A stretch of DNA of 64,000 nucleotides from Chrysomallon squamiferum (Eukaryota; Animalia; Mollusca): positions 29,450,001 through 29,514,000 of the forward strand of contig CM022673.1 of the NCBI GenBank assembly GCA_012295275.1. Direction: 5' to 3'. Positions 28,900-43,390 of the stretch are shown here, in pieces; positions within the stretch are counted from its first letter, which is position 1, and every line of letters begins with the position of its first letter. Under the pieces are notes generated by a model. That model saw only the letters and a program-made list of their open reading frames with translations, did not search any database and was not told the DNA's origin. The position numbers and the translations under genes were made by a program.

Positions 28900-29430
28900 A
28901 GTTCTTACCATGAACTGAACCAAGTGCTGTTTTACTAAAAATCACTAGGGCACACATTTATGTAACATATTTGATAATTCATGAAAGAAATTCTTTGTCT
29001 GGATTTGGTCTACTATCTGTGTATTTGAAACAAGAACTGGTGATCACTTTTATTCATTGTAAAAGTTCATACCAGGATTTGAAATCAAAACCAATGAACA
29101 CCTGCATTTACCACTGACATAACAATATTTGTTATCTTATTAAACCAACATTCATTCATATTAGAAACTGTGTATTTGAAACTATAAACAAGGATCACAT
29201 GCAAAACTCTTTTATCGATAATATAATTTTATACATGTATATTTATAAACTAGGACCACTGAACACATAAAAACTAGTGATATACATTGTAGAAGTTCAC
29301 ACCTGGAACTGAACTCTGTGCTTCTGTATTTGAAAAAATACCCAGGACTTGCAAAATCATCTTTTATTTATTGTAGAAGCTCATACCTGGATTTGAACCC
29401 AGTACCTGTGCATTTGAAACCAGTTCCAGG
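28900..29430. repeat. Degenerate tandem repeat of about 80 bp
   Basis: cttttatt.attgta.aag.tcatacc.ggatttgaa...tgtgtatttgaaac recurs 4-6 times. Confidence 0.65.
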
Positions 29431-29807
29431 GAACACCTGCTTAGATGAGTGTTTTATTTATCATCCGCTCTTTGTTGCTGTCGGAGAAAGAGCTAAAAAG
29501 CATGATGTTGCTTCAATTGATCTCTTTCTCTTGGAGATGTATGGAAATCAATTACTGTCAATTCTGTTAGCAAGCCAGCATCATATTTAATGGATTTTTT
29601 CCTCCATTCTGACAAAAGCTTTCACAAAGTAAATGAGTGCACTGTTTAATTCCACCGAGTCTTTGAGAATTGTTTCTGGAAAAGAATTAACTTTTTAAAA
29701 AGATGCTGTTCAAACACAAAATGTTACCCCACAATGCATGAAACAACTTGTATTTCAGCTCAGTGTTTTCAAACTTTTGTTCTATTTGAATTTTTCATTA
29801 CACCATT

Positions 29808-29950
29808 GCATCAGGATAGGAGCCTGAAACTTTACTTAAATCAATCATCAGGATGGAAGCTTGGTGCCTGAACCTGAAACCAGTTCATCAGGATTGGAGT
29901 TTGGTGCATGAACCTTAAAATAATTCATCAAGATTGGAGTTTGGTGCCTA
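29808..29950. repeat. About 40-bp tandem repeat, 4 copies
   Basis: catca(g/a)gat(t/g)ggag.ttggtgc.tgaacct recurs at about 29809, 29846, 29886 and 29926. Confidence 0.85.
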
Positions 29951-31142
29951 CACTGAACTATTATGTATTTAAGAATTACTATCATCCTGTACTGAAGAAG
30001 AAGAATTCTTAATTAGAAACTTGTTTGAATACTGTTGAGTGTTGTAATTATGTACTGTATAACATCAGTCCAGAGTGGGAATCTGGACTATTTATAATTT
30101 GAAAATTAGCATGCAATACTTTTATTTATTAATCCTTGCATTTCTGTTTTGGTTCAGTCTTGAATACTGTGATTTGTATTGTGCTGAAAGATATTTCATT
30201 TCTGAGTATTAGGGTAGATATTTGTATGTGTTCTGTTTGAGCTGTGAATACTTTGGCAGTGTTTGGACATGCTACATCCTTTGACAGGATATTTTAAATA
30301 TTCAGTACTGAATATTAGGGCAGGGAATATGTCTAAGTTCAGTACAAAATATTTGGGCAGGATACTTGTCTATATTCAGTACAAAATATTTGTAAATGTT
30401 CAATGTTGAATACTAGTAAAAAACTGTTGTGAATATTAAAGCATTATCCTTGTAAATAATATTGCAATATGTATAGTTTATTGTATAATTAGTCCAGATT
30501 GATCTAAAGTGAAAAGCTATTTTCAAAAAAACCCCACCAGAAACAACACATAAACATCATTCATAATTTATTATGCATTTGATAACAATGTCAGATACAC
30601 AGTATGTTTCTTTAAAAAACATCATTTTATTACTTGTCAGGTAATGATGACTGCTTTATATCTTGTTCACTGGAAAATTGGATTTATTTTTTACATTTAA
30701 ACAGTCTGCATGTTTCAAACAGCAGGATTTTATGACAAATAAATTTGGTATCTTACTATTCAGTATTTCTTTTTTTAGTTTAGTTTTTGTTCTTGTTTCT
30801 GAAAACATACACAAACACACAAATTCAGGCACATATGCATGCATGCACACACATACACATACAAACGCAAAATCCATAGCTTGTACGTAGATAACCGATT
30901 ATCAGAATTGCATTAGGATGTGTTTAATAACACATCAGTTCATGTGATTACTCTTGCAACACTGCAAATTAATTAGAAATGTTTATTTAATGATTCCACA
31001 CTGATAAGACTGGTTTTTCACAATAATACTTCATATAAAGAAGGTCTCTGTTTAGCTGTTTTCAAAGAGTTTCTTTTTTAAGCTACAGCACTAAGTGTTA
31101 TTTTATCACTTAAATTATTTTATTTGAATATGTAGTAAAAAA

Positions 31143-31328
31143 TGATAATGAAATAATTTAAAATTCAGCTGTAACCACTGATAAAAAGGATAATGAAAAA
31201 ATTAAATATATTAAGGTAACATGTTTTATTGATAACTTTTATTATTTACTTTATTAAACTGTGTTGCAGATTTTGTGTGACAAGTAACTGAAAACAATGT
31301 CAAAAGAACTTATTTATGTGCTGTTGGG
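31143..31328 (+). repeat. About 186-bp dispersed direct repeat, copy 1
   Basis: tgataatgaaataatttaaaattcagctgta...gctgttggg aligns end to end with 35270-35456. Confidence 0.9.
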
Positions 31329-33499
31329 GATTTTTTTGTGAGGGTTTGTTGTGGTTTTGTATATTTTTAGGTGCCTATGTGTATAATGAATGGCTATAGG
31401 TGACTGTAATATCATCTTATCTGAAAAGATGAATATACATAGATGGATGATTAGATAGAAAGAAGAATAAACAGATATATATTATAGATAGACAGATATA
31501 CAGAATAATAAATGAACAGAAAGGTAGAGAAGCTTACATACACCAACAGAGAGATACAGATGGAGACATAAAGAAAGCCTTATATACCCATTGTTCACAT
31601 AATTATTCACAGGCATAAAACACTCACATTTTGTCTTTCTTTCTCTCTCTCACAAATATTAATTAAAAGTTAATAAAAGCTTAGTAATATAACTTGAAAA
31701 CATCTCACACACACACAGATACAACTGAACAGTTGTGTTTGTACTACCACAGTTGTGTGTGCAGCTAAAACCTGTTACTCGCTGTCACTCCAGAAAGACA
31801 AGACTTAATTAATCTGTTACAAGTCAGAGAAAAGAGCAGACTGCTTGTTGTAGAAGTCTTACAAATTGTAGTTATTAAACCTGGTCCACTGACACCCAAA
31901 ACAGTGTTATTAATCTCATTCTTTCTCTGTGCATGCAGCAGAGAATGACTCTATGTAATGTTTTCTTAGTAGGTTTTTTTCTTTTTTATTGAAGTATAAT
32001 ACAAGTTGGCTAAAAGGTAGAAGTACGAGAAGTGGATCGTGTGAAAGTAATACGGTGTGGATCAGTCAGTGGCAGGTTCTTACTGGGTACTGTGTGACAC
32101 ATTAAGTGCAGACCAAGGTGTGAATTGTGTGCAATGGTTAATAACAGATCTCAGTGCTTTTGTGTTCTTTGTTGACCAACATCAGCAGATGTTATAGTTT
32201 GATATGGGTTTAGTGGTGTGGTGATTTCATTCAGTTCATCCTAACCTTATTTGTTCAGTGTCATTATCTAACACTCTGAAACAGTTCATCTTCTAACACA
32301 TTTTAATTCTGATTTTTCTTTTCGTCTAAACTGAATTTTACTTTCTTTATTATACACTAATAATGATTTTGATTGCTGAATTCATTTTCAACTTCTAACA
32401 TATTTTAATTCTAATCTTTACTAATTTTAGTCCAAACTGACTTTTACATTCACTGTCATACATTAACAATTTAAAATTGCTTGGTATTTGCTTTTGAAAA
32501 CATTTTCAACTCTTTACAATTTTTATTTTTATTTTATTTTATTTAATTGTTATTTCTTACATATGTGATAATTTAATTTTTTGCATTCAGTATATAGGTA
32601 TGCTGTTTAAAATTTTATTTCCTATTCTTTATCTAAGATTTAACTAAAAGTAAGTCTTGGTTATTTAATTATCCATCACAGGTCATACAATTATATTCAG
32701 TATTTCACACAAATGAGATATATTACTTTTTTTACATTATTTAATTTACAATTACAATTTTTACAATTTTTAGTACATCTTTGTTTTTTTATAGAGAACT
32801 TAAAAGCATGTCTTTTTGTACATAGTACTTCATACATGTTGTATTTTTTCTCTTTAATATTTAATATTTTTAAATTTATAGAAAGAAGTGTATAGGCATA
32901 AACATTTTTTAAAAATCACATTAAATAAAATAAAATCTGGATAGACCAATAGCCACTAATAAAATAATTTTATAAATGACTTACAGTGGGGTTTTAATAA
33001 GAAGACGTTAATGAAAATGTTTTATTTCAGTTTAAACATCACATTTCTGAGACAACCTGATTTTTGCAATCCTCAGACTAAAATCCACTACATTATTATA
33101 AGCTTGTTACAAAAATAACAACAGTAATTACTTTTTACCACCACATGTAATATCTGTCTCAACTGAGTACCATGGATTGAAAAGAATGGTCCAAATATAG
33201 CATTTGTGCATTGTTACACAATACAGCATTCATTACATATTGTTTTGTGAACTCTATGCACCATACTGCATTATTTGTGAATAATGTTTTGACTGAATAC
33301 AATAACAATACCCTAATGTAGCACATGTATTTTTTATATTTGTGAACACAAAAACATTACTATGTGTTATATATTTTTGATATTTGTGAACACAATAACA
33401 GTTTCAAATATAACATTATATATTTTATATTTTACTTTCTGGATTCTTTGTGAAAACACAGTAAGACCAACAATATAGCATTGAATATTTGTTTATATC

Positions 33500-34035
33500 T
33501 ATGAACACATTAAATGTATCCAGTTCACTATTGTTTGTGAACACATTAACTGTAGCCAGTGTACCACTGTTTGTGAATACACCAGTACCCAATGTACCAT
33601 TGTTTGTGAACAGTTTAACAGTACCCAGGCTACCATTGTCATGAACACATCAGTACCCAATGTACCACTGTGTGTGAATACATTAACAGAACCCAGTTTA
33701 CTATTGTTTGTGAACACAACAACAGTACCCAATGTACCACTGTTTGTGAACACAACAGTACCTAATATACCATTGTTTGTGAACACATAAACAGTACCCA
33801 GTGTACCATTGTTTGTGAACACAACAACAGTACCCAGTGTACCACTGTTTGTGAACACAACAGTACCTAGTGTACCATTGTTTGTGACCACATAACAGCA
33901 TCCACTGTAGCATTGTTTGTGAACAAAATAACAGTTCCCAGTATATGATTGTTTGTGAACACAACAACAGAATCCAGTGTACCATGGCTGTGAACACAAC
34001 AATACCCAGTGTACCATTATTTGTGAACACAATAA
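33500..34035. repeat. 33/36-bp minisatellite (VNTR), about 15 copies
   Basis: Unit tgtttgtgaacac(aac)aacagtacccagtgtacca(t/c). Decayed units extend left to about 33240. Confidence 0.95.
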
Positions 34036-34330
34036 CACCAACCGCCACACAGGCTGAGCCTTTAATAACACTCGCCAACTCACTTGCTCACCAGGCAGGC
34101 AGTGAGGCAGGCAGCAAGGCAAAGGCACTCACTACCTTATCCATTGAAGACTTTCTCAGCTGTGTAACTAATTTGTGCACTGCATAGATCACTCAATTAG
34201 CCGAGTCGGAGGAATGCTTTTCAGCCGAGATTGACGCGAAACTTGTCAGATCTGACCAGGAAGCCCGCGCGTCCACAACTTTTTATTGCAGTTCAGAGAG
34301 AAAGAAAAAAAATGAAATTCTTTATCAGGT
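34030..34330 (+). promoter_or_regulatory. GC/CpG-rich island, candidate promoter or non-coding first exon of the GALNT-like gene
   Basis: CpG cluster (gccgagtcgg, gacgcg, cccgcgcgtcc) in CpG-poor DNA about 10.5 kb upstream of the 44708 acceptor. Candidate donors follow at about 34329, 34476 and 34606. Confidence 0.45.
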
Positions 34331-35269
34331 GAAAATCTACATTTGTGTTAGTGAGCATATCAGACAAGGATATCTGCAGTCTTTATTTCAGTGTTTGATT
34401 TGTGAGACTGACAGATACATACATCTGTGTGTGTGTTTCAATATATTGGATATTTAATTGGGAAGAAGATTAAAGGTAAATTTCGTATAACTGCCGTTTG
34501 AACAGTTTTTATTGCAGTTTTATTGCTTTTATTGCATAACTGAGAGGCATTAATAACTCAGATTGCACACACCTGCAATAAGTTTAAAGTTATTACCTTT
34601 ATCAGGTAATATTATTATTATTATTATTATTAACTTAAATATTTCTTATATTTACCTTTCATTTGTTTAATTACTGACAAAAAAATAAATAAATGGACTT
34701 ATAGCTTTTCATTTGAATTTTATTTCTGTTTTACATTTTATAAAAAAAAAATTAACTGAGATAAAAAAATAGAAGATCATAGAGAATTATAGTTTTAAAT
34801 TAAATACTTATAAGAGTTTTCCATTACAGTTAATACACAATTACGTCTTTTAACTTATGTGATACTTGTGAAACATTTGTTTATAAGTAAATAAACTGTA
34901 ATCATTTTAAATTAATTCTATTTAAGTTTTAAAAAGAATAAATAGGCGACTATTTATTTTTAATGAACTGTATCAAAATAATACTTTTTAATATAAATCA
35001 GAATCTAATTTATCATGTTAATTTGATGTGTTAATAACTGATAGTAAAATAGTTAAAAGTTTTAATTAAATAATCTTATTGATTACTTTATTATTAAATT
35101 TAATAAATCTTGAAACAAATCCAACATGTAATTGAATTTTTTAAATTAATTTCTATAATTATATGTACCTCTTAAATTTGCATTTAAATTAGATTTCATA
35201 AATTTAGTTATAATCATTTATAATGTGACTTTTTTTTTTATATAGAGCACTTCAAAAAAAAAAAAAAGG

Positions 35270-35456
35270 TGATAATGAAATAATTTAAAATTCAGCTGTA
35301 AACATTAATAAAAAGGATAATGAAAAAATCAAATATATTAAGGTAATTTGTTTTATTGACTACTTTTATTATTTACTTTATTAAATTTCGGTGGCAGATT
35401 GTGTGTAATAAGTAACAGAAAATAATCTCAAAAGCATTAACTTACATGCTGTTGGG
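35270..35456 (+). repeat. About 186-bp dispersed direct repeat, copy 2
   Basis: Aligns with 31143-31328 with scattered substitutions. Confidence 0.9.
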
Positions 35457-35727
35457 TTTTTTGTTGTTGTTGTTGTTTTGTATGGAGGACAAAATTAATG
35501 TTAGATTAACAAGTTAACATTAAAAATAATATTTTGTGATATTTACTTTTAGAACAGACAGCTGGTCAAATAATAGATTTTCTTGATCTATTATTATTAT
35601 TATAATTGCATGCATATTAAAATAATTGATCTGTTATGACTCATTAAATTTATTACAAAAGTGACAACAGTACAAATATAAGTTGTAATAATTACTTTTA
35701 TAATACATACATACATATATGTGTATA

Positions 35728-35767
<40 letters not shown>

Positions 35768-38669
35768 ATCAATTGATTGTTTTCCTTCATAACATATTAA
35801 GATTAGTATAATTGCATGCATATTAAAATAATTGATTGTTATGACTCATTATATTTATTATAATGGTGTTCAATTATCTATAAAAACAGTAATATATTCA
35901 ATGTAATAATTATTTTTATATAACATATCTATTCAAATAATATGTAATTCTTTGACATATTATTATTATCATAATTGTGCGTATGTTAAAATAATTGATC
36001 TCTTATGACTCATAATGTTCACTTAACTTGAATAAAAGTAAAAATACAAGTAGTAATAATTATTTGTATAAAACATTTATTAAAATAATAATAAAGGATA
36101 TTGAAATATACATAATAACTATGTATATTGGTATTGAAATAGGTGATTGCTAAAACTAATTATATTTGTTATAAACAGTAAACTAAGATAACAATAAAAA
36201 TTTAAACATTATGATTATTATGACTATATAATAACTCATTTTATTATAACTGTGTATACTAACATACCTGATAGCTAAAAACCAATTATATTTATTATAA
36301 GAATTCAACTAACTAGGATAATAGTGAAAAGGTAAACATTATGATTATTATAATTGTATGTATATTAAAATGATTAACAGCTATGACTCATTACATCTGT
36401 TTTAACTGTGTTTAGTTAATGAGAACAAATGGAATTTATCCTGATACATAACTAGCCTTTTATAATGCACTATTTAGCATTCTGTGTATGTATATAAAAA
36501 TAAATGGACTTTATGACCTGCGTTCTTTGTATGTTTGATAACTCATTTCACAGGGTGATCATTCACCATTACATGCTAAATTTATGTAATTTGTCCTCCA
36601 GAGAATGTGTGTAATAATACTGTGAATGAAACACACAAATTTTATGTTTTATTTTCATTAAATACATGAGTTATGTATTTTAACAGTTTTGTTTATAAAC
36701 TACTAGTTTGGTTCTACAGAAGTATTTGAAATTTAAATTTATTTAGTGTTTTATTTTGTTGGACATTTAGTTAACAAGACAAAAAACATAAAAGATAATT
36801 GTGATAATCTCTTCTTCATGAAATTATGAAATGTTTAATAATAATAATAATGATTATAATGATGATGATAATTATTATCTTATTATTGTTGTTGACATAC
36901 ATATACTCTGGTTCTAATAACAAATTCCTAGTTATTTTTTATTTTTTATTTTTTTTTTTAACTTCTATAAATCAGTTTCAACAAATGAGTTAATAACAAT
37001 AAAATAATATTTTTGCTATTTTGAAATCTACATCGGTATGCTATTTCAAATAATAATCATCTTAATATTTATATCTTTTGCTTATTTCATAATATTCTCT
37101 TTATATTAATTAGTTACTGTAATATATAAAACAATGTGTCTTCATTTTGTTTTCTAACAGTTACATACATCTGTCTTTTAACACAATCAACTGATTTTGT
37201 TCACCATCATACATTAAATCTCTAATTAGTTAATAATAATACATTTATCAATATATCTGTATTTGTTTTTAACTGGGTTGCTGCTGAGAGTAACTGTTAT
37301 AGCGTCCGTGAATACTGTGAACCAGTTAACATACATTTATCTTAATAATAGCCAGTTTACTGTCATTATGATACATCTAGTAGCTTGTTACATAAAGATT
37401 ATATTTTATATTTTTATACTAATCAGCTAATGACAAAATAACTATATATCTGCATTTTGTCTTAAAACATACAACATCCATTACTAATTCAATTCTTTGT
37501 CACATATAGCACTTTAAGAGCCATAAAAAAAAATCTGTTGAGTCTGATGTTATTCTTGACCAAATATTTTTGAACTGAAAGCTTTGGGTTAATAACCAAG
37601 CAGCCAGTGTTTGGTGCTGGTAATGGAACAGATAAAGAGCCTGCTTTAGATAATTTAGTACCACAAACAGAACAGCAACTTTCACCGAGATAATGAATAA
37701 TTAAATTTCTAGTTATATTGCTTCACCTACCCTGTAACACCTTGTAAATTGTAATAATTATAATACATTGTAAATTGTAAGATACTGGTGTAACAAACAC
37801 TATATTAGAACATTATAGATAATAAAATATCTATTACTTCACCTATAATACCATTCATAGATAATTAAATATCTTGTTATTGCTTCACCTGTTCTGTAAC
37901 ACATTGTAAATTGTAAGTATTGTCTTACTGTTGTAACAAACACTGTATAACAAAATAATTATTTAGTTATTACTTCACCTGTAACAGCATTCAAAGATAA
38001 CTAAATATCTTATTAACGCTTTACACCTTGTAAAGTGTAATATATTTGTTTTATTGTAACTAACATTATGTAAGGAGGTCATAGATAATTAAATATCTTA
38101 TTATTTCACCTTCTATTGTAACACCTTTTGAACTGTAAGATATTTTTTTTAATGAGCATTCTCTATAAGGATAGTGCAGATACAAAATACCTAATCAGAT
38201 AATAAATAATAAAATATCTTACTGTAATTTCTTACAGAGAGTATGATACTTCTTTATCAGTATAACTAGTATTCTGTAAATATCTGAAGTTGTATGTTAC
38301 ACTAGAAGGAGAAGTCCTTTCTTTATTTTCTATTTTCTGAGTGTTTTAGTATATCTGGTATAGGTACAGTGTAAACTTCTGGGTCTTGTGTTGCTCTTAT
38401 TTGATTTTTCTCTCTTCTATGTTATATCTCTTATAGTATTAAAACTATTCAAACAGTGTAAAGAAAACAGTGTGTATTTAATAAAGTTTTACATTTATTT
38501 TTGTTAAAAATGTGCATATCAAACTAAATTATTTTCTGTTCTTGTCACTTCTTGAATAGTAGTGGCCTTTTCATATTGTTTGCATTTTTCTGTTTTTCTA
38601 GTTCAGAGCAGTAATTTAATTTTACAACTCCATGAGCAGAGGTCATATAATGTCCATGTTCATGTGTTA

Positions 38670-38770
<101 letters not shown>

Positions 38771-40193
38771 GAGTATAATGTTTCATATGTTTGAAAATCA
38801 GTTTTTTTCTTCTGACTCTCATCATTATTTTTATAACGTTCTTATAATGTGCATGTTCACATGTAATTAGTTGTGTTTCAGTTTTGTAGTTTTTACCTCG
38901 CTCTCACACAGTTTTTGTGTGTTTCAAAAATAACTTTGACAACACCTAAAAGAAGGGTATAATTGAACTAATTTCACACACAGCTGCATCAAAGCACTTG
39001 GGAAACGTAACTGAGAAAAGAGACTTTTTGTGAGAAATGAACATTAAAAATGTTTTATTTACTCAGCATCACATTACAAAATAATTTTTTATAAGTTGAA
39101 AAGTGTATATATGAACTGTATTTTCTGTATATGTGTATGTATTATATATACACATGTATGTTAAGATGTCAAATTATTTTATAGAAAATGCTGATTGTTT
39201 ACAAGCAACATCCTTTTAACCAAATACAAATGCATTTATTTATTTATTTATTTACTTCATGACCTTGCATATACAATTTCCTATTCCAGGTAGTGTCTCA
39301 AGACTGATTTAACAAAGACTATTGTTTTATGGGTTTTTTTGAATTTCAATATTTATTTTTTTATGGGGATGTGCTTTTGAAGGAATATTTGTTGTTGTTG
39401 TTGTTACCCCTCTATGGGAAGGTACAAATTCTTTAAGAAAAATGCTTGTACTGTAATATGAAAAAGCTGTATGACTTAATATGAAATATATCAGTGTTTT
39501 TCTGTACAGTATAATATTTTATTCACATTATAAAAAAATAAAAATAAAAAATAAAAAGAATTAAGTCATAGTTGTGAACAAAACCTGCACTTTAATATTA
39601 ATATGCACAGAAAACGTTTTAAGTGCCAGACATGGGATCTGAATTTCAAATAAGTTTGTACATATATAAATACAGAAATGAGAGAAATTCATAAATTATA
39701 CATGCAGCTAATTCCCTATAGCTGGCTACTGTCATTTTGAATTATCCAAATTGACTAATTTGTTATTAAGTCTGTGTGCTGTTTCGTTGTTATGAATAAC
39801 TTGTTGGTTACATCATTATGGTTCACACTCCTGGCAATTGTAGTAAATTGTTGTTCAGACAAGCTTTCCACAGTTGAATTTTAACCGTGACCTGTTATAC
39901 AGTTTAAACAGTATTTATTTAGTGGTATATTTTTGGTGAGAGGTTGGGTTTGTTTTGGTTTGGTTTGTGTTTTTTTTTTTCTTTTTTTATGATTGATAGT
40001 ATATTTATTTATTTCATATAAAATAATTTTGTATTCCATACATCAGTCCATTTGTCTTTTCATCCACTCATTTATTTTTTATGAATGTTCACCAAACATT
40101 ATTTATTTATTTATCCATTCATTCATTTATTCATTATTTCATCTTACAGACTCATTCACTCTGTCACCAGTTTACCCATCCATTCAGCCACTC

Positions 40194-40216
40194 AGTTAGT
40201 TAGCTAGCTAGCTAGC

Positions 40217-40250
<34 letters not shown>

Positions 40251-40390
40251 ATAGTCAGTCACTCAGTCTTTTGGTTGGTTGGTTACTCAGTCAGTCAATC
40301 AATCATTCAGTCATTTAGTCATTCAGTGACTCAATCAGTGACTCTATCAGTGACTCAATGAATGACTCAATCAGTCATTCAGTTAGTAAG
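40194..40390. repeat. (TTAG)n/(CTAG)n/(TCAG)n tetranucleotide array
   Basis: Directly visible. Confidence 0.9.
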
Positions 40391-41039
40391 CAAGACTTTT
40401 TAACCATCTAACAATAAATGCATCTTCATCAATTTTCTAATTACATAAAAATGAAATAAAATCTTCAGTGACTACTTTAATAAACAAAACAAAATAATAA
40501 TATTAAGAAATAAAAAAGTGAAAGGCAATTTCAAATAGAAATTTCTGACATTAAGACATAACAAGAAAAAAAACAAAAAAACATCCAAATTTCCAAATGC
40601 TTTACACTGAGACATCTCAATTTGTTAAGATATTACTTGAAAAAGTGGTGTTTCCATCCAGCACTGTTTGAAAAATGAAATCCACTGACCTTGAGTTGAT
40701 CAGCATGTCTTGGACTGATGGAGGAATGTTTGATTTCTGCATTGAGATCACTGATCCTGTCAAAGCGGTGTCAACTGACGGCATAGACCATAATTTCTTA
40801 TCAATACATTGAGGAGAAATTAGATCTGTCAGATGCTTGCTGATACTGGATAACCATTTGTCACTGCTGATGGAATGATGTTTGTAGTGCTGATTGAGAC
40901 GTCGTTTCTGACTGGGTACTTGTCAGAGTTATAGAAATTGGTGATCGTTATGTAAAGAATAGCAAGAATCATTAACTAATAAAGATTGGTGAATAAATAA
41001 CTCACACAGACTGTGTGCAGAATTTTTACAGTTATTCTT

Positions 41040-41350
41040 CCATATACAGAATTTAACATGGTGTTTTTTTATATATATATATAGAATTTAACTGGGTTTT
41101 TTCTTTATACAGAATTTAACTAGTTTTTTTCTTTATACAGAATTTAACTGGGTTTTTCTGTATTTTAAAAGTAACAATTTAAAAAATTCAGAATTTAACT
41201 GGCTTTTTTCAGTATACAGAAGATAAATGGTTTTATTTTTTTTTTCAATATACAGAATTTAACAGGTTTTTTTTTTTTTCAATATACAGAATTTAACAAG
41301 TTTTTTTTTTTTTTTTTTTTCAATATACATAATTTAACAGGTTTTTTTCT
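41040..41350. repeat. Degenerate minisatellite with variable poly-T
   Basis: tatacagaatttaac..gttttt(n) recurs about 9 times. Confidence 0.85.
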
Positions 41351-42689
41351 CCAGTAGAATCCATATATTTATTCTGTAGGATTTTTTTCATTCTTTGTTC
41401 TGTGTATGGAATTTGTAGATTTTTTATTTGTTTTTATTAAATACATTATATCAGGTTATTAGAATCTTTTTTTATTATTATTAACTGTTCTTATTTGGTA
41501 TTTTTATGCATTATTCATATGTGTTTGTGTGTGTGTAAGTGTGCTGTATAGTGTGATTTTTATATTAATAAGAGAGTTTTAAATTAAAAAGGAAGAAAAT
41601 AAAAGTAGTAATTATTTATTCTGAAATGTAATTTGTACACTGCCAAAGTATTTTTCCAATAGATAAGCTATATAAATGAGTCTAACAATAGAAAATATCT
41701 TTGAGAAACATGTTACGGAGAAGAGAGTAATATTTCTGTATCTAGTACACTAACTAAATGCAAATAAGAAACAATTATATAAATCTTATTGTAACATGTT
41801 TGACTGTTTCCAGACAAACACAGGCTCTAAATTTCTGTCCTGTTTACATTTGCTACAGCATGTTGTATAATCGACAACAAAAAATCCACTTACATAAAAG
41901 CTTTTCTGTTTTATTGCCTTCTTACTCGGAAGTTTATCTCTCTGTACATGAATATTTAATGTAGACAATTTCTCTTTTTTCAATATAATGTTTAATCAAG
42001 TAAAAAAAGAAACCAGTTTGATAGTTTTTATAAATGAATGATCAATTTTCAGAGTATGTACACCTTTTTAATCATCAATATTTAATGAATATTTCTCTTC
42101 TTTTTTTTTATTGTTATTATTTTTAGCAGCATATGCAATCAAGTAAAAAGAAAGAAAAATAAATAAAAAATAAAATTTAATTATATTTCCACTTACAGAG
42201 TAGATACATCTTTTTAATCATGAATAGTTAATGTAGATGCTTTCTCTTTTCTTTTTTTTTTTTTTTTTTTTTATTATTATTATTTTTAGCACCATATGCA
42301 ATCAAGTAAAAAATGTTTTTAAAAAGTAAAATATTTTTAGTTATAGTTCCACTTAAGAGTAAATACATGTTTTTAAACATAAATATTTAATGTAGACACT
42401 TTCTCTTTTTTCATTCATTTGATGTTATTTATTTATTTATTTATTTTATTTACTTATATTTATTTTTATTTTCATTTATTTTAAAAAATATTTTAGCAAA
42501 TTATTTTGTAATTTTTTAATTTATTTATTTATTTACTTATTATAATATCTTTACAGAAATTATTGCCCTATTTGCAAAAATACATTTATCTAAATATCTT
42601 TTTAATATAGGTAGAATATTCTTAAAATTGTATTTAAGCAAATAAAACTGAATTCAATTATTTATTTTTTTAATTATTGCTTCACTTAC

Positions 42690-43390
42690 AATGGAATGCA
42701 TTAATTTATATGTCAACAATTTAACATTGTATTTTATCATGAACAATATTTAGTTTTTATAACAATCTGAATCATTTTTAACTCCATAACAAAATTTTAA
42801 AATGCTTTGCACCATGAATAATACTGAAAAATTAATAATATTTAATTTATATGGCAACAATTTCAAATAGACCAGAATCATGAATAATGTTTAATTTATT
42901 AATAACAATTTAACATTGCTTTACATCATGAATAGGTTTCAGTTTAACATTCAATCCTAAATAGCAACAATTCAAGCTTGTTTTACATTATTAATAACCA
43001 TGGACAACAAGAATTTAACACTGTTTTACTTCATGAATAATGTTTAATTTATATAGCAGCATTTTAAAATTGCTTTACATTATGAATAATGTTTAACCAT
43101 GTATAACAACAATTTAACACTGTTTTACATTATGAATAATACTGCATCATGAATAATGTTTAATTTATATAGCAGCAATTTAAAATTGCTTTACATTATG
43201 AATAATGTTTAACCATGTATAAAAAAAAAAAATTCTGTTTTATTTCATGAATAATATTCAATTTAGCATGGCATCATGAACAGTTTTTAAATATTTACAA
43301 AAAAGAAAAAATTACATTATGAATAATGTTTAACTCTGCATAACACCAATTTAACTCTGTTTTACATCATAAATAATGTTTAATTTTGTG
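42690..43390. repeat. Degenerate minisatellite of about 45-47 bp, more than 10 copies
   Basis: atgaataatgtttaa...caatttaa.a.tg.tttacat recurs throughout the interval. Confidence 0.85.

Noticed and set aside
30620-30652. miR-8-like string ttattacttgtcaggtaatgatgac in a small hairpin
   Set aside because: Seed mismatch and an indel relative to miR-8, and the hairpin is too short for a pre-miRNA.
33500-34035. CRISPR-like look (recurrent tgtttgtgaacac motif at about 35-bp spacing), also the arrays at 13542 and 26880
   Set aside because: The intervening sequences are homologous to each other rather than unique spacers. No cas genes, and the context is eukaryotic.
33499-34128. 209-aa and 125-aa minus-strand ORFs with FTNNGTLGTVV / CCVHKQWYTG repeats resembling beta-solenoid or Cys-rich proteins
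   Set aside because: They are translations of the 33/36-bp minisatellite. The peptide register changes at indels, several frames are open, and there is no splice or start context.
40675-40812. 45-codon ORF MKSTDLELISMSWTDGGMFDFCIEITDPVKAVSTDGIDHNFLSIH
   Set aside because: Short, no recognisable motif or splice support, and compatible with chance in a locally GC-richer patch.
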